Assembly (NCBI GenBank): GCA_964229575.1 | Contig: CAXRES010000173.1 | Span: 1-52,253 of the forward strand | Reading direction: 5' to 3' | Length of the DNA stretch: 52,253 nucleotides | Origin: Alphaproteobacteria bacterium | GTDB taxonomy: Bacteria; Pseudomonadota; Alphaproteobacteria; SMXQ01 | In this document: piece after piece, positions 1 to 11,992 of the stretch | How the letters are laid out: each line of letters opens with the position of its first letter | Numbering within the stretch: position 1 is the stretch's first letter | Notes under the pieces: generated by a model | What the model was told of the DNA's origin: nothing | The model's database searches: none | Seen by the model: the letters and a program-made list of their open reading frames with translations, nothing else | Position numbers and translations under genes: made by a program

Positions 1-579
1 ATCGGCGGTGAAGTAGATGGCGAGGATCGCCACCAGCATGAGGACGGAGCCGAGCAGCGTATAGAGGAAGAACTTGAAGGCCGAATAGACCCGGCGCGGC
101 CCGCCCCAGATGCCGATGATCAGGAACATCGGGATGAGGACGCCCTCGAAGAACAGGTAGAACAGCACGATGTCGAGCGCGCAGAACATGCCGATCATCA
201 GCGTTTCCAGCACCAGGAAGGCCAGCATGTATTCGCGCACGCGTTCCTTGATCGCGTCCCAGCTCGCCAGCACGCACAACGGCGTCAGGAAGGCCGACAG
301 CACGACGAAGAACACCGAAATGCCGTCCACACCCATGTGGTAGGAGATATTGAACGCGGCGATCCACGGCACGCGTTCCTCCATCTGGAAGGCGGCCGAC
401 TTCGGATCGAAGTTCGCCCACACGGCAAGCGACAGCAGCAGCGTGATCAGCGAGGTCCACAGCGCCACATTGCGCGCATTGCGCGCGACCACGGCCGCCT
501 CGCCCCGGATCATCAGGATGAAGGCCGCGCCGATCAGCGGCACGAAAGTCGTCAGCGAAAGAAGGGGCCAGCCGTGCAT
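1..579 (-). CDS. nuoM: NADH-quinone oxidoreductase subunit M, N-terminal part (3' end lies outside the window)
   Basis: The minus-strand frame is open from the window edge to an ATG at 579. It is absent from the ORF track because it has no in-window stop. Hand translation starts MHGWPLLSLTTFVPLIGAAFILMIRGEAAVVAR, which is hydrophobic and antiporter-like. It starts 4 nt after the nuoL stop, in canonical operon order. Confidence 0.85.
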   Translation of the reverse strand, partial: MHGWPLLSLTTFVPLIGAAFILMIRGEAAVVARNARNVALWTSLITLLLSLAVWANFDPKSAAFQMEERVPWIAAFNISYHMGVDGISVFFVVLSAFLTPLCVLASWDAIKERVREYMLAFLVLETLMIGMFCALDIVLFYLFFEGVLIPMFLIIGIWGGPRRVYSAFKFFLYTLLGSVLMLVAILAIYFTAD

Positions 580-583
580 CGTC

Positions 584-2509
584 TTACCTCGCCAACAGGT
601 AGTAGCTGACGAACACGGCGACGCCGATCAGCATGGCAAACGCATAATGATAGAGATACCCCGACTGGAGCTTCGCCGCGCGCCTGGCGAAGTCGAGCGT
701 GACCGCGGCAAGGCCGTTCGGGCCGAAGCCGTCGATGATCCGCCCGTCGCCGCCTTGCCACAGGACGCGGCCGATCCACTTGGCCGGGCGCACGAACAGG
801 ACGTCGTAGAGTTCGTCGAAGTACCACTTGTTGTAAAGGAACGCATGCACGTCGGAGAATTCGCGCGCCATCGCCACGGGCAGGGCCGGACGGCGGACGT
901 ACATGTACCAGGCGACCAGGATGCCGCCGAAGGCGACGGCGATCGGCAGCAGCTTGACCCAGGCAGGCACGTTGTGCGCGTCGGCAAGCGCCGTGTGGTT
1001 CGCCGCGACGAAGATCGACTTGCCCCAGAAGGCGGCCGAATGTTCGCCGACGAACAGGCCGGCGAGCGCCGCGCCCGAAAACATCGCGCCCGCCGCGAGC
1101 AGCGCCATCGGCCCGGTCATGGACAGCGGCGATTCGTGGACGTGGTGCAGGACGTCGTGATCGGCGCGGCTTTCGCCGTGGAAGGTCATGAACAGGAGGC
1201 GCCACGAATAGAACGCCGTCAGCGCGGCGGCGATGGTGCCCATCCAGAAGGCGTACTGGCCCACCGGGCTTTTGGCGGCGAAGGCCGCCTCGATGATCAG
1301 GTCCTTGGAGAAGTAGCCGGCGAAGAACGGCACGCCCGCGAGCGCCAGCGAGCCGATCCACATGTAGGCATAAGTCACCGGAATCTTGCGCCAGATGCCG
1401 CCCATCCTGCGCATGTCCTGTTCGCCCGACATGGCATGGATGACCGAACCCGCCCCGAGGAACAGGAGCGCCTTGAAGAAGGCGTGCGTGGTCAGGTGAA
1501 ACATCGCCGCCGAATAGGCGGAAACGCCCGCGGCGAAGAACATGTAGCCGAGCTGCGAGCAGGTCGAATAGGCGATCACCCGCTTGATGTCGTTCTGCAC
1601 CAGGCCGACGGTGGCGGCGAAGAATGCCGTGGTGGCGCCGACAACGGTGACGACCATGAGCGCGGTCTCCGAGGCCTCGAACATCGGCGACAGGCGGCAC
1701 ACCATGAACACGCCCGCCGTGACCATCGTCGCCGCGTGGATCAGGGCGGAAACCGGCGTCGGGCCTGCCATCGCGTCCGGCAGCCATGTGTGCAGGCCGA
1801 GCTGCGCCGACTTGCCCATCGCGCCGATGAACAGCAGCAGGCACAACGTGGTCATCAGGTCGAAGTCGTGGCCGAGGAAATGCATCGTCTTGCCGGCCAT
1901 TGCGGGAACGCCCGCGAAGACCGTGTCGAAGCCGACGGCGTTGAAGGCCAGGAAGGTACCGAGGATGCCGAGCGCGAAGCCGAAGTCGCCCACCCGGTTG
2001 ACCAGGAACGCCTTGATCGCCGCGGCATTGGCCGAGGGCCGGTCGTACCAGAAGCCGATCAGCAGGTAGCTCGCGAGCCCCACGCCCTCCCAGCCGAAGA
2101 ACATCTGCACGAAGTTGTTGCTGGTCACCAGCATCAGCATGAAGAAGGTGAACAGCGACAGATAGGCGAAGAAGCGCGGGATCGACTTGTCGTGGGACAT
2201 GTAGCCCCAGGAATAGACATGCACCATGCCCGACACGACGGTCACGACCACGCACATGACTGCCGACAGGGCGTCGAAGCGCAGCGACCAGCTCACCTCG
2301 AAGGCGCCGGAGTTGATCCAGCGGAACACCTCGACGTCGAAGGGCGCGCCGCCCGCCGCCACGCGGGCGAAGGCGACGCACGAGAACACGGCGGCCAGCA
2401 GCAACGGCACTGTTGTGACGTACTGCGACGCGCGGTCGCCGATCAGGCGCCCGAACAGGCCGGCGACGACGGCGCCAAGAAGCGGCAGGAAGACGATCGC
2501 GGAGTACAT
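584..2509 (-). CDS. nuoL: NADH-quinone oxidoreductase subunit L
   Basis: 641-aa polytopic ORF (MYSAIVFLPLLGAVVAGLFG..., ...WEGVGLASYLLIGFW...). This is the longest antiporter-like subunit and lies between nuoK and nuoM. Confidence 0.97.
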   Translation of the reverse strand: MYSAIVFLPLLGAVVAGLFGRLIGDRASQYVTTVPLLLAAVFSCVAFARVAAGGAPFDVEVFRWINSGAFEVSWSLRFDALSAVMCVVVTVVSGMVHVYSWGYMSHDKSIPRFFAYLSLFTFFMLMLVTSNNFVQMFFGWEGVGLASYLLIGFWYDRPSANAAAIKAFLVNRVGDFGFALGILGTFLAFNAVGFDTVFAGVPAMAGKTMHFLGHDFDLMTTLCLLLFIGAMGKSAQLGLHTWLPDAMAGPTPVSALIHAATMVTAGVFMVCRLSPMFEASETALMVVTVVGATTAFFAATVGLVQNDIKRVIAYSTCSQLGYMFFAAGVSAYSAAMFHLTTHAFFKALLFLGAGSVIHAMSGEQDMRRMGGIWRKIPVTYAYMWIGSLALAGVPFFAGYFSKDLIIEAAFAAKSPVGQYAFWMGTIAAALTAFYSWRLLFMTFHGESRADHDVLHHVHESPLSMTGPMALLAAGAMFSGAALAGLFVGEHSAAFWGKSIFVAANHTALADAHNVPAWVKLLPIAVAFGGILVAWYMYVRRPALPVAMAREFSDVHAFLYNKWYFDELYDVLFVRPAKWIGRVLWQGGDGRIIDGFGPNGLAAVTLDFARRAAKLQSGYLYHYAFAMLIGVAVFVSYYLLAR

Positions 2510-2512
2510 GCG

Positions 2513-2821
2513 CTAGCCCTTCAGCCTGTTGATGTCCTCGACCGCGATGGAGCCGCGGTTGCGGAAATAGACGACGAGGATGGCAAGGCCGATGGCCGCT
2601 TCCGCCGCCGCCACCGTCAGGATGAACATGGTGAAGACCTGGCCCGCGAGATCACCGAGATGGGCCGAAAAGGCAACCATGTTGATGTTGACCGCGAGCA
2701 GCATCAGTTCGATCGACATCAGGATGATGATGACGTTCTTGCGGTTGAGGAAAATGCCGAAGATGCCGAGCGTGAACAGCACGGCGGCGACGGTCAGGTA
2801 ATGGGCAAGCGTGATCGCCAT
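2513..2821 (-). CDS. nuoK: NADH-quinone oxidoreductase subunit K
   Basis: 102-aa three-helix membrane protein ([31 protein letters not shown]...) in the expected operon position. Confidence 0.97.
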   Translation of the reverse strand: MAITLAHYLTVAAVLFTLGIFGIFLNRKNVIIILMSIELMLLAVNINMVAFSAHLGDLAGQVFTMFILTVAAAEAAIGLAILVVYFRNRGSIAVEDINRLKG

Positions 2822-2822
2822 G

Positions 2823-3437
2823 TCAGACCCCCTTCCCCACCGGCACGTCCTTGACCTCGACCGAGGCGTCGCGCGTGCGCGCCACCTGTTCAGCGATCTT
2901 CTGGCGGCGCACGCCGGGGCGCGCGCGCAGCGTCAGTACGATGGCGCCGATCATGGCCACCAGCAGGACGAGGCCGGCCGCCTGGAAGAGATAGACGTAC
3001 TTGGTATAGAGGATGCGCCCGAGCGCCTCGGCATTGGTCGCCTGGGCCAGCGCCGGCGCCTTGGCGGCGAGCAGCGAACCCGCCTCCGGGGCCGTGATCC
3101 AGGCGCCGGTGATGAAGGTGATCTCGACCAGCAGGATGACGCCGATCAGCGCGCCGACCGGCAGGTATTGCAGGAACCCCTGGCGCAGTTCGACGAAGTT
3201 GATATCGAGCATCATGACGACGAACAGGAACAGCACGGCCACCGCGCCGACGTAGACGATCACCAGGATGAACGCGAGGAATTCCGCCCCCATCAGGACG
3301 AACAGCCCGGCCGCGTTGAAGAAGGCGAGGATGAGGAAGAGGACCGAGTGCACCGGGTTGCGCGCGGCGATCACCATCACGCCCGAGGCGATGACGATGA
3401 GGGCGAACAGATAGAAAGCGATAGCCTGGAGGATCAT
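2823..3437 (-). CDS. nuoJ: NADH-quinone oxidoreductase subunit J
   Basis: Internal ATG at 3437 of ORF 2823..3974 ([36 protein letters not shown]...). ATGA overlap with the nuoI stop. The upstream part of the ORF is Arg-rich out-of-frame readthrough of nuoI. Confidence 0.95.
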   Translation of the reverse strand: MILQAIAFYLFALIVIASGVMVIAARNPVHSVLFLILAFFNAAGLFVLMGAEFLAFILVIVYVGAVAVLFLFVVMMLDINFVELRQGFLQYLPVGALIGVILLVEITFITGAWITAPEAGSLLAAKAPALAQATNAEALGRILYTKYVYLFQAAGLVLLVAMIGAIVLTLRARPGVRRQKIAEQVARTRDASVEVKDVPVGKGV

Positions 3438-3922
3438 CTGTAGGGCGCCTCCGCCGCCAGGCGCTGGGCGATCTCGTTTTCCCAGCGGTCGCCGTTGGCG
3501 AGCAGCTTTTCCTTGTTGTACATCAGCTCTTCGCGGGTTTCGGTGGCGAACTCGAAATTCGGACCTTCGACGATGGCGTCCACCGGGCAGGCGTCCTCGC
3601 AGAAGCCGCAGTAGATGCACTTGGTCATGTCGATGTCGTAGCGCGTGGTGCGGCGCGAGCCGTCTTCGCGCGGCTCGGCCTCGATGGTGATGGCCTGGGC
3701 CGGGCAGATCGCCTCGCACAGCTTGCAGGCGATGCAGCGCTCTTCGCCCGTCGGGTAGCGGCGCAGCGCGTGTTCGCCGCGGAAGCGCGTCGACAGCATG
3801 CCTTTCTCGAACGGGTAGTTGAGCGTGACCTTGCGCTTGAAGAAATACTTCAGCGTCAGCCACATGCCGGAAACCAGTTCCTTCAGGATGAAGGACTTGG
3901 CGCCTTGCGTGATCATCGACAT
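3434..3922 (-). CDS. nuoI: NADH-quinone oxidoreductase subunit I (2x[4Fe-4S] ferredoxin-type)
   Basis: Start [11 protein letters not shown] at 3922 (in-frame arithmetic from ORF 3434..4441). Two Cys clusters: [12 protein letters not shown] and [12 protein letters not shown]. Confidence 0.96.
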   Translation of the reverse strand: MSMITQGAKSFILKELVSGMWLTLKYFFKRKVTLNYPFEKGMLSTRFRGEHALRRYPTGEERCIACKLCEAICPAQAITIEAEPREDGSRRTTRYDIDMTKCIYCGFCEDACPVDAIVEGPNFEFATETREELMYNKEKLLANGDRWENEIAQRLAAEAPYR

Positions 3923-3939
3923 GACGAGCCCCCCTCCCC

Positions 3940-4950
3940 TTATTTCGGCAGCCAGCCGAAGCCGACCAGCACACCCGCGGTAATGACCACCCAGGCGAGC
4001 GACAGCGGCAGGAACACCTTCCAGCCGAGCCGCATCAGCTGGTCGTAGCGGTAGCGCGGGAATGTCGCGCGCACCCACAGGAACACGAACAGAACGAAGC
4101 AGATCTTGAGGATCAGCCAGATCGGCCCCGGCACCAGGGTGAAGGGCACGACGTCGGCCGGCGGCAGCCAGCCGCCGAGGAACAGCACGGCGGTCATCGC
4201 GCTCATCAGGATCATGTTCGCGTATTCGCCGAGGAAAAACAGCGCGAAGGTCATCGACGAATATTCGACGTTGTAGCCCGCGACCAGTTCGGCTTCCGCT
4301 TCGGGCAGGTCGAAGGGCGCGCGGTTGGTCTCGGCCAGCGCCGAAATGAAGAAGATGACGAACATCGGCAGGAGCGGCAGGGCGAACCAGACGTCCTTCT
4401 GCGCTTCGACGATCTTGCTGAGATTGAGCGAGCCGACGCACAGCAGAACCGTGATGATGACGAAGCCGATGGATATTTCGTAGGACACCATCTGCGCGGC
4501 CGAACGCAGCGCGCCGAGGAAGGCGTATTTCGAGTTCGACGCCCAGCCCGCCATGATGATGCCGTAGACGCCAAGCGATGAAATGGCGAACAGGTAAAGG
4601 ACGCCGACGTTGATGTCGGCCAGCACCATCCCCTTGTCGAAGGGGATCACCGCCCAGGCGACGATGGCCAGCACGAAAGTGATCATCGGCGCCAGAACGA
4701 ACACGACCTTGTTGGCCCCGGCCGGGATCACGGTTTCCTTGAGCAGCAGCTTGAGACCGTCGGCGAGAGGCTGCAAGAGGCCGAAGGGGCCGACCACGTT
4801 CGGGCCCTTGCGCAGCTGCATGGCGGCGATGACCTTGCGCTCGGCCAGCGTCAGGTAGGCGACGGCGACCAGCAGCGGCACCAGAATGGCGACGATCTTG
4901 GCGACGATGATCGCGCCGGGCAGCAGGTATGCGGACCAGAGCTCAGCCAT
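3940..4950 (-). CDS. nuoH: NADH-quinone oxidoreductase subunit H
   Basis: 336-aa polytopic ORF ([27 protein letters not shown]..., ...[27 protein letters not shown]...), the typical NuoH/ND1 signature. Confidence 0.97.
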   Translation of the reverse strand: MAELWSAYLLPGAIIVAKIVAILVPLLVAVAYLTLAERKVIAAMQLRKGPNVVGPFGLLQPLADGLKLLLKETVIPAGANKVVFVLAPMITFVLAIVAWAVIPFDKGMVLADINVGVLYLFAISSLGVYGIIMAGWASNSKYAFLGALRSAAQMVSYEISIGFVIITVLLCVGSLNLSKIVEAQKDVWFALPLLPMFVIFFISALAETNRAPFDLPEAEAELVAGYNVEYSSMTFALFFLGEYANMILMSAMTAVLFLGGWLPPADVVPFTLVPGPIWLILKICFVLFVFLWVRATFPRYRYDQLMRLGWKVFLPLSLAWVVITAGVLVGFGWLPK

Positions 4951-7006
4951 GGGTTCCGGTCGCCCCCTTGTTCGCGCCGAGCATCGACGTGCAGCGCGCC
5001 ATGGTGACGGAGGCGCGGCTGATCGGATCGGTCATGTAGAAATTGGCCACCGGATTGACGAAGGGCGCATCCGACATGGAACCGGCCGTGCCGAAGGCAC
5101 CCCAGGGCGCGGGCGACTGCCGATCGGGCGCGGCGAAGACCGGGTTGACCTCGGCCAGGCGCGCGCGCACCTGCGCGAGATTGTCGTAAGGCAGTTTCCT
5201 GCCGATCACGGCGGACGCGGCGCGCAGGATGGCCCAGTCTTCCTTCGCCTCACCCAGCGGGAAGTGCGCGGCATTGGCGCGCTGCACGCGCCCTTCGGTA
5301 TTGACGTAGGTCGCGTTCTTTTCGGTGTAGGCAGCACCGGGCAGCACGACGTCGGCGCGATGCGCGCCCGCATCGCCGTGATGGCCCTGGTAGACGACGA
5401 AGGCCTGGCCCAGCTTGCTCATGTCGATCTCGTCGGCACCCAGCAGCCAGACGAAGCCGATCTCGCCCGAAGCGGCGCCCGCCAGGATTCCGGCGACGTC
5501 CCTTCCGCCCGCCCCCGGCACCAGGCCGAGGTCGAGGCCGCCGACGCGGCTTGCGGCCCGCTGCAGCACGCAAAAGCCGTTCCAGCCGTCCTTCACGGCG
5601 CCGTACTTTTCCGCGAGCGCGCGGGCGGCGGCCAGAACCTGCGCCCCGTCCTCGCGGGCGAGCGCGCCGGAACCGACGACGATCATCGGCTTCTGCGCGG
5701 CCTCCAGAACCTTGGCGAAATCGCCGCGGCCTTCGGCAAGCTCGGCCAGCGTACGCGGGCCGGCGCCCAGATGCTGCGTGGGATAGGTCAGGTCCACCCT
5801 TTCGCCGACCACGCCGACGGCGAACCTGCCCTTGAGCCAGCGCTTGCGGATGCGCGCATTGAGTACGGCCGCTTCCGTGCGCGGGTTCGAGCCGACGATG
5901 AGAAGCGCGTCGGCCTCGTCGATGCCGGCGATGCCCGCGTTGAAGATATAGGACGCACGCTGCCCGGAGGCGACCTTCGCCCCGTCCTGGCGGCAATCGA
6001 CGTTGGGCGAGCCGAGCGCAGCCATCAGGTCCTTGAGCGCCAGCATCGATTCGCAATCGGCGAGATCGCCCGCGATGGCGGCGATCTTCGCGCCCGGCAT
6101 GCCCTTCAGCTTTTCGCCGATGCGGGCGAAGGCTTCGTCCCAATTCGCTTCGCGCAGGCGGCCCTGCTCGCGGACGTAGGGACGGTCGAGGCGCTGGCGC
6201 TTCAGCCCGTCGCAGGCGAAGCGCGACTTGTCCGACAGCCATTCCTCGTTCACGTCTTCGTTGAGCCGCGGCAGCACGCGCATGACTTCAGACCCGCGCG
6301 CGTCGATGCGGATGTTGGCCCCGACGGCGTCGAGAACGTCGATCGATTCGGTCTTGCGCAGTTCCCACGGCCTCGCCGTGAAGGCGAAGGGCTTCGAGGT
6401 CAGCGCGCCGACCGGGCACAGGTCGATGATGTTGCCCGACAGTTCCGAGGTCACCATCTGGCCGATGGTGGTGGTGATTTCCATGTTCTCGCCGCGGCCG
6501 ACGGCGCCCAGTTCCTCGACCCCCGCCACTTCGGTGGCGAAGCGCACGCAGCGCGTGCAGTGGATGCAGCGCGTCATCTGCGTCTTGATCAGCGGGCCGA
6601 AGTCCTTGTCCTTCACCGCGCGCTTGTTTTCCTGGAAGCGCGAGCGGTCGAAGCCGTAGAACAGCGCCTGGTCCTGCAGGTCGCATTCGCCGCCCTGGTC
6701 GCAGATCGGGCAGTCGAGCGGATGGTTGATGAGCAGCATCTCCATCACGCCGCGCCGCGCCTTCTTGACCATCGGGCTGTCGGTCTTGATCTGCTGGCCT
6801 TCGGCGACAGGCATGGCGCAGGACGCCTGCGGCTTCGGCGGACCGGGCGAGACTTCGACCAGGCACATGCGGCAGTTGCCGGCGATCGACAGGCGGTCGT
6901 GATAGCAGAAGCGCGGGATTTCCTTGCCCGCCTGCTCGCACGCCTGCAGCACGGTCGAGCCCGGGGCGACCTCGATTTCAACGCCGTCTACTGTGACCTT
7001 CGGCAT
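4943..7006 (-). CDS. nuoG: NADH-quinone oxidoreductase subunit G
   Basis: Internal ATG at 7006 ([24 protein letters not shown]). Fe-S Cys motifs: [43 protein letters not shown]. 687 aa. Confidence 0.96.
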   Translation of the reverse strand: MPKVTVDGVEIEVAPGSTVLQACEQAGKEIPRFCYHDRLSIAGNCRMCLVEVSPGPPKPQASCAMPVAEGQQIKTDSPMVKKARRGVMEMLLINHPLDCPICDQGGECDLQDQALFYGFDRSRFQENKRAVKDKDFGPLIKTQMTRCIHCTRCVRFATEVAGVEELGAVGRGENMEITTTIGQMVTSELSGNIIDLCPVGALTSKPFAFTARPWELRKTESIDVLDAVGANIRIDARGSEVMRVLPRLNEDVNEEWLSDKSRFACDGLKRQRLDRPYVREQGRLREANWDEAFARIGEKLKGMPGAKIAAIAGDLADCESMLALKDLMAALGSPNVDCRQDGAKVASGQRASYIFNAGIAGIDEADALLIVGSNPRTEAAVLNARIRKRWLKGRFAVGVVGERVDLTYPTQHLGAGPRTLAELAEGRGDFAKVLEAAQKPMIVVGSGALAREDGAQVLAAARALAEKYGAVKDGWNGFCVLQRAASRVGGLDLGLVPGAGGRDVAGILAGAASGEIGFVWLLGADEIDMSKLGQAFVVYQGHHGDAGAHRADVVLPGAAYTEKNATYVNTEGRVQRANAAHFPLGEAKEDWAILRAASAVIGRKLPYDNLAQVRARLAEVNPVFAAPDRQSPAPWGAFGTAGSMSDAPFVNPVANFYMTDPISRASVTMARCTSMLGANKGATGTHG

Positions 7007-7017
7007 CGTCGTTTCCC

Positions 7018-8301
7018 TTAAGCGGCCACGCCCTGGCGGCGCTTGATGCGGTTTTCGATCTCGCCGCGGAAGTGGCGGATCAGGCCCTGGATCGGCCAGG
7101 CGGCGGCGTCGCCCAGCGCGCAGATCGTGTGGCCTTCGATTTCCGTCGTCACTTCGAGCAGCATGTCGATTTCCTCGATCCGCGCATCGCCCGTGACCAG
7201 CCGTTCCATGACGCGCCACATCCAGCCGGTGCCTTCGCGGCACGGCGTGCATTGGCCGCAGCTTTCATGCTTGTAGAACTTCGACAGGCGCGCGATGGCG
7301 CGCACGATGTCGGTCGACTTGTCCATGACGATGACCGCCGCGGTGCCGAGACCCGAGCGCTGTTCCTTGAGCGAGTCGAAATCCATCAGCACGGTGTCGC
7401 AGATGGACTTGGGCAGCACCGGCACCGAGGAGCCGCCGGGAATGACGGCGAGCAGGTTGTCCCAGCCGCCGCGCACGCCGCCCGCGTGCTTCTCGATCAG
7501 TTCCTTCAGCGGAATCGACATCGCCTCTTCCACCGTGCACGGCTCGTTGACGTGGCCGGAGATGCAGAAGAGCTTGGTGCCCGTATTGTTCGGCCGCCCG
7601 AAGGAGGTGAACCACGCCGCGCCGCGGCGCAGGATGGTCGGCGCATCGGCGATGGTCTCGACGTTGTTGACCGTCGTCGGACAGCCGTAGAGGCCGGCGC
7701 CCGCCGGGAACGGCGGCTTCAGGCGCGGCTGGCCCTTCTTGCCTTCGAGGCTTTCGATCAGCGCGGTTTCCTCGCCGCAGATGTAGGCGCCGGCGCCGCG
7801 ATGGAGATAGAGGTCGAAGTCGAAGCCCGAACCGCGGGCGTTCCTGCCGATCAGCCCGGCGGCATAGGCCTGGTCGATGGCGCCCTGGAGGTGTTCCGCC
7901 TCGCGGAAGAATTCGCCGCGGATATAGATGTAGCAGGCATGCGCGTTCATGGCGAAGGAGGCAAGCAACGCGCCTTCGACCAGCTTGTGCGGGTCGAAGC
8001 GCATGATCTCGCGGTCCTTGCAGGTGCCGGGCTCGCCCTCGTCGGCGTTGATGACGAGGTAGTTGGGACGCCCGTCCTTGGATTCCTTGGGCATGAAGGA
8101 CCACTTCACGCCCGCGGGGAAGCCGGCGCCGCCGCGCCCGCGCAGACCGGAGGCCTTCATCTCGTTGATGATCCAGTCCGCACCCTTGTCCATGATGGCC
8201 TTGGTGCCGTCCCAATCGCCGCGCCGGCGCGCGCCGTCCAGGCCCCAGTCGTCGAGGCCGTAAAGATTGGTATAGATGCGATCCTTGTCCGCGAGCATCA
8301 C
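7018..8301 (-). CDS. nuoF: NADH-quinone oxidoreductase subunit F
   Basis: 427 aa. NADH/FMN site motif [13 protein letters not shown] and the 4Fe-4S motif [12 protein letters not shown]. Confidence 0.97.
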   Translation of the reverse strand: MMLADKDRIYTNLYGLDDWGLDGARRRGDWDGTKAIMDKGADWIINEMKASGLRGRGGAGFPAGVKWSFMPKESKDGRPNYLVINADEGEPGTCKDREIMRFDPHKLVEGALLASFAMNAHACYIYIRGEFFREAEHLQGAIDQAYAAGLIGRNARGSGFDFDLYLHRGAGAYICGEETALIESLEGKKGQPRLKPPFPAGAGLYGCPTTVNNVETIADAPTILRRGAAWFTSFGRPNNTGTKLFCISGHVNEPCTVEEAMSIPLKELIEKHAGGVRGGWDNLLAVIPGGSSVPVLPKSICDTVLMDFDSLKEQRSGLGTAAVIVMDKSTDIVRAIARLSKFYKHESCGQCTPCREGTGWMWRVMERLVTGDARIEEIDMLLEVTTEIEGHTICALGDAAAWPIQGLIRHFRGEIENRIKRRQGVAA

Positions 8302-8888
8302 TGCGCCTTCTTGCCGGTCAGAACCCTGGGACCCGATGCGGGCGCGGCGCCGGGCCGGCCGATGCGCGAACCGGGCTTCGGCGCCCGTCCCGCCTTTATG
8401 TCCTGCACGATGGCGCGGGCATCCTCGGGCTTAAGGTCTTCGAAATAGTCGTCGCCGATCTGGAACATCGGCGCATGAACGCAGGCGCCGAGGCATTCCA
8501 CCTCGCGCAGGGATATGGCGCCGTCGGACGTGGTCTCGCCGAGCTTCACGCCCACTTCGTCCTCCAGCGCCGCGACGATGGCCTCCGACCCGCGCAGCCA
8601 GCACGGCGTCGTGGTGCAGACCTCGATGCAGGTGCGGCCCACGGGGTTGAGGTTGAACATCGTGTAGAAGGACGCCACTTCCCAGACGCGGATCTCGGCC
8701 AGTTGCAGGACGTCGGCCACGTGCCGGATCGCCGCGCGCGGCAGCCAGCCGCCGTTCTGGCGCTGGGCGAGGTCGAGCAGCGGAATGACCGCGCTCCTCT
8801 GCCGGCCGGCAGGATACTTGGCGATGATGGCATCGGCCCTGGCCTTGTTTTCGGCCGTGAAGGCGAAGGTTTCGGGTGCGGCGCTCAC
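8298..8888 (-). CDS. nuoE: NADH-quinone oxidoreductase subunit E
   Basis: GTG at 8888 overlaps the nuoD stop (GTGA). [38 protein letters not shown]...; 2Fe-2S cysteines in [10 protein letters not shown] and CLGACVHAP. Confidence 0.93.
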   Translation of the reverse strand: MSAAPETFAFTAENKARADAIIAKYPAGRQRSAVIPLLDLAQRQNGGWLPRAAIRHVADVLQLAEIRVWEVASFYTMFNLNPVGRTCIEVCTTTPCWLRGSEAIVAALEDEVGVKLGETTSDGAISLREVECLGACVHAPMFQIGDDYFEDLKPEDARAIVQDIKAGRAPKPGSRIGRPGAAPASGPRVLTGKKAQ

Positions 8889-10063
8889 CGGTCGATCTCC
8901 CCGAACACGATGTCGAGCGAGCCGATGATCGCCACCACGTCGGCGAGCATGTGTCCCCTCGACAGGAAATCCAGTCCCTGCAGATGCGCGAATCCGGGCG
9001 CCCTGATCTTGCAGCGGTAAGGCTTGTTGGTGCCGTCCGACACCACGTAGGTGCCGAACTCGCCCTTGGGCGCCTCGACCGCGGCGTAGGCCTCGCCCTT
9101 CGGCACGTGATAGCCCTCGGTATAGAGCTTGAAGTGATGGATGAGGGCTTCCATCGAATGTTTCATCTCGGCCCGCCTGGGCGGCGCGATCTTGTGGTTG
9201 TCGACCATCACGGGACCGGCCGGCATGTCGGCGATGGCCTGGCGGATGATGCGCAAGGACTGCCGCATCTCTTCCATGCGCACCAGGTAGCGGGCATAGC
9301 AATCGTTGGTCTTGCCCACGGGAACGTCAAAGCGCATCGCGGCATAGGCGTCATAGGGCTGCGACTTGCGCAGGTCCCAGGCGACGCCCGATCCGCGCAG
9401 CATCGGCCCGGTGAAACCCCAGTCGACGGCGTCGCGCGCCGACACCACGCCGATGTCGACCGTACGCTGCTTGAAGATGCGGTTGCCGGTCAGCAGCGCC
9501 TCGACGTCATCAAGATGCGGCTCGAAGCCGTCGCAGAAGGCGAGAATGTCGTCGGCGAGGCCCGGCGGCAGGTCGAGGTGCACGCCGCCCGGCCGGAAAT
9601 AGGCCGCGTGCAGGCGCGCGCCCGAGGCGCGCTCGTAGAATTCCATCAGCTTCTCGCGTTCCTCGAACCCCCAGAGCAGCGGCGTCATCGCGCCGACGTC
9701 GAGCGCCATCGTCGTGATGTTGAGGATGTGGTTGAGGATGCGCGAGATTTCGGCGAACAGCACGCGGATGTGCTGGGCGCGCGGCGGCGCGGTGATGCCA
9801 AGCAACTTTTCGACGGCCAGCGCGTAGGCGTGTTCCTGCGACATGGGCGCGACGTAATCGAGCCGGTCGAAGTACGGCACCGCCTGCACGTAGGTCTTGT
9901 ATTCGATCAGCTTTTCGGTGCCGCGGTGCAAAAGGCCGATGTGCGGATCGGCGCGCTCGACCACTTCGCCGTCCATTTCGAGCACGAGGCGCAGCACGCC
10001 GTGCGCCGCCGGATGCTGCGGGCCAAAGTTGAGCGAAAAATTCTCGATCTGCTGTTCGGCCAT
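8885..10063 (-). CDS. nuoD: NADH-quinone oxidoreductase subunit D
   Basis: ATG at 10063 ([33 protein letters not shown]...). TGATG overlap with the nuoC stop. Ends ...IVFGEIDR. Confidence 0.96.
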   Translation of the reverse strand: MAEQQIENFSLNFGPQHPAAHGVLRLVLEMDGEVVERADPHIGLLHRGTEKLIEYKTYVQAVPYFDRLDYVAPMSQEHAYALAVEKLLGITAPPRAQHIRVLFAEISRILNHILNITTMALDVGAMTPLLWGFEEREKLMEFYERASGARLHAAYFRPGGVHLDLPPGLADDILAFCDGFEPHLDDVEALLTGNRIFKQRTVDIGVVSARDAVDWGFTGPMLRGSGVAWDLRKSQPYDAYAAMRFDVPVGKTNDCYARYLVRMEEMRQSLRIIRQAIADMPAGPVMVDNHKIAPPRRAEMKHSMEALIHHFKLYTEGYHVPKGEAYAAVEAPKGEFGTYVVSDGTNKPYRCKIRAPGFAHLQGLDFLSRGHMLADVVAIIGSLDIVFGEIDR

Positions 10064-10725
10064 CAGGATTTGCCCTCGGGCTTGGGCGCGGGCGCCGCGG
10101 CCTTCTCGTCGCCGGGCAGCAGGGCGGCGCGCGCGGCTTCCGCCCCTTCCCACGGACTGAGAAAGTCGAAGGAGCGGAATTCCTGGGTCAGCTTCACCGG
10201 TTCGTAGACGACGCGCTTCTTGTCGTCGTCGTAGCGCACTTCGACGTAACCCGTGAGCGGAAAGTCCTTGCGCAGCGGATGCCCTTCGAAGCCGTAGTCG
10301 GTGAGGATGCGGCGCAGGTCGGGGTGATCGGAGAACAGGATGCCGTAGAGGTCCCAGGTCTCGCGCTCGAACCAGCCGGCGGCGGAAAACACCCCGGTCA
10401 CGGACGGCACGGGCACGCCTTCGGCCGTTTGCACCTTGACCCGCACGCGGTGGTTCTGGCGCAGGCTGAGCAGGTGATAGACCACGTCGAAGCGGTTCTC
10501 GCGCTCGGGATAATCGACGCCGCAAAGGTCGATCAGCTGATTGAGCTGGCAGTTGCTGTCGTCGCGCAGGCGGGTGAGCACGGGGACGATGCTCTCGCGC
10601 CGCACCGTGATGTTGAGTTCGCCCACGGCCAGCTCGACCCCGAGCACGTCGCCGTTGAGCAGGGCCTCGATGTAGGCGCCGAGCTCCTTGAGCGCGTTGA
10701 GCTGTTCTTGCTGCTGATCGTCCAT
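10063..10725 (-). CDS. nuoC: NADH-quinone oxidoreductase subunit C
   Basis: 220-aa ORF (...[48 protein letters not shown]...), the classic 30-kDa subunit signature. Confidence 0.96.
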   Translation of the reverse strand: MDDQQQEQLNALKELGAYIEALLNGDVLGVELAVGELNITVRRESIVPVLTRLRDDSNCQLNQLIDLCGVDYPERENRFDVVYHLLSLRQNHRVRVKVQTAEGVPVPSVTGVFSAAGWFERETWDLYGILFSDHPDLRRILTDYGFEGHPLRKDFPLTGYVEVRYDDDKKRVVYEPVKLTQEFRSFDFLSPWEGAEAARAALLPGDEKAAAPAPKPEGKS

Positions 10726-10732
10726 CTGGGGC

Positions 10733-11251
10733 CTAGCGGAACAGGGTGCCTGTGCGGCGGATCTTCTTCTGCAACTGCATGATGCCGTAGAGAAGCGCCT
10801 CTGCCGTGGGCGGGCAGCCCGGCACGTAGACGTCGACCGGCACGACGCGGTCGCAGCCGCGCACGACGGAATAGGAATAGTGATAGTAGCAGCCGCCGTT
10901 GGCGCAGCTGCCCATCGAGATGACCCAGCGCGGCTCGGCCATCTGGTCGTAAACGCGGCGCAACGCCGGCGCCATCTTGTTGGTCAGCGTGCCGGCAACG
11001 ATCATCACGTCGGACTGGCGGGGCGACGGGCGGAAGACGAGACCGAAGCGGTCGAGGTCATAGCGCGAAGCGGCGACCTGCATCATCTCGACCGCGCAGC
11101 AGGCGAGGCCGAAAGTCATCGGCCACAGCGAGCCGGTGCGCGCCCAGTTGACCAGCGCGTCGAGGCTGGCGACGACGAAGCCCTTGTCCTGAAGTTCGTG
11201 GGCGACGGCGGCGGCGACCTGTTCGCGCGAAGGATTAGCGGCGGCGCTCAT
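10733..11251 (-). CDS. nuoB: NADH-quinone oxidoreductase subunit B
   Basis: Internal ATG at 11251 ([12 protein letters not shown]...). Motifs: [41 protein letters not shown] overlap with the nuoA stop. Confidence 0.96.
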   Translation of the reverse strand: MSAAANPSREQVAAAVAHELQDKGFVVASLDALVNWARTGSLWPMTFGLACCAVEMMQVAASRYDLDRFGLVFRPSPRQSDVMIVAGTLTNKMAPALRRVYDQMAEPRWVISMGSCANGGCYYHYSYSVVRGCDRVVPVDVYVPGCPPTAEALLYGIMQLQKKIRRTGTLFR

Positions 11252-11613
11252 TCCCACTCCAGCGCCCCCTTGCGCCATTCGTAGATGAAGCCGATGGTCA
11301 GCACGGCGAGGAACACCACCATCGACCAGAAGCCGAACAGGCCGATGTCGCCGAGGGCAATGGCCCAGGGAAACAGGAAGGCAACTTCGAGATCGAAGAT
11401 GATGAAGAGGATGGCGACCAGATAGAACCGCACGTCGAAGCGACCGCGCGCGTCGCCGAACGGATCGAAGCCGCATTCATAGGCCGCGAGCTTTTCCGAA
11501 TCGGGCTTCTGGCGGGCGACGATGAAGGACGCGAGGAGGATGACGAGAGCGAGGCCGCCGGCGATGCCGAAGAAGATCAGGATGGGGACGTATTGAGCGA
11601 GCAGTTCCTGCAT
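11248..11613 (-). CDS. nuoA: NADH-quinone oxidoreductase subunit A
   Basis: 121-aa three-helix protein ([32 protein letters not shown]..., ...[32 protein letters not shown]...). First gene of the operon. Confidence 0.97.
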   Translation of the reverse strand: MQELLAQYVPILIFFGIAGGLALVILLASFIVARQKPDSEKLAAYECGFDPFGDARGRFDVRFYLVAILFIIFDLEVAFLFPWAIALGDIGLFGFWSMVVFLAVLTIGFIYEWRKGALEWE

Positions 11614-11799
11614 CTAGGCGTCTCTTCCCGTTCGCTCCGTCAATTCAACATCCTGTGTCGCAAACACGGGACCAGCACCAGCCCTGCCCCGCGGCGACCG
11701 CGGGGCTAGACTAGTAATTTCACCGGATGATGAAAAGCACAGTTTGCCTCGCTCCCCCGTGAGCGGGGGTTGGGCCGGAAGGCCCGTCGGCGGCGGGAC

Positions 11800-11876
<77 letters not shown>

Positions 11877-11992
11877 GAAATCCCAGCGCGTGACGGCGCT
11901 GGTGTAAACGGACGCGGCTCGGGTGTCAACAAGGTTACGAGCCCGCGCGCCGCGACGAAAGCCCCGGTTTTCTGCGGATTCCCAGCCGGCGT

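Noticed and set aside
350-2854. 834-aa plus-strand ORF antisense to nuoL/nuoK. Similar very long antisense ORFs occur at 4886..7021, 7072..8448, 12958..15705, 16455..18923, 18951..20414, 28830..30605 and 30824..32578.
   Set aside because: They are Arg/Ala/Gly/His/Asp-rich low-complexity translations lying exactly opposite well-supported genes. These are typical shadow ORFs of high-GC DNA where third codon positions coincide. None shows a recognisable motif or an SD.
11687-11705. Perfect 8-bp/3-nt-loop palindrome CCCCGCGG-CGA-CCGCGGGG between tRNA-Asp and nuoA. Two further small hairpins lie at about 11753-11785.
   Set aside because: No T-run follows on either strand, so I cannot call a terminator. 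It could be tRNA 3' processing or nuo-leader structure, but nothing specific supports either.
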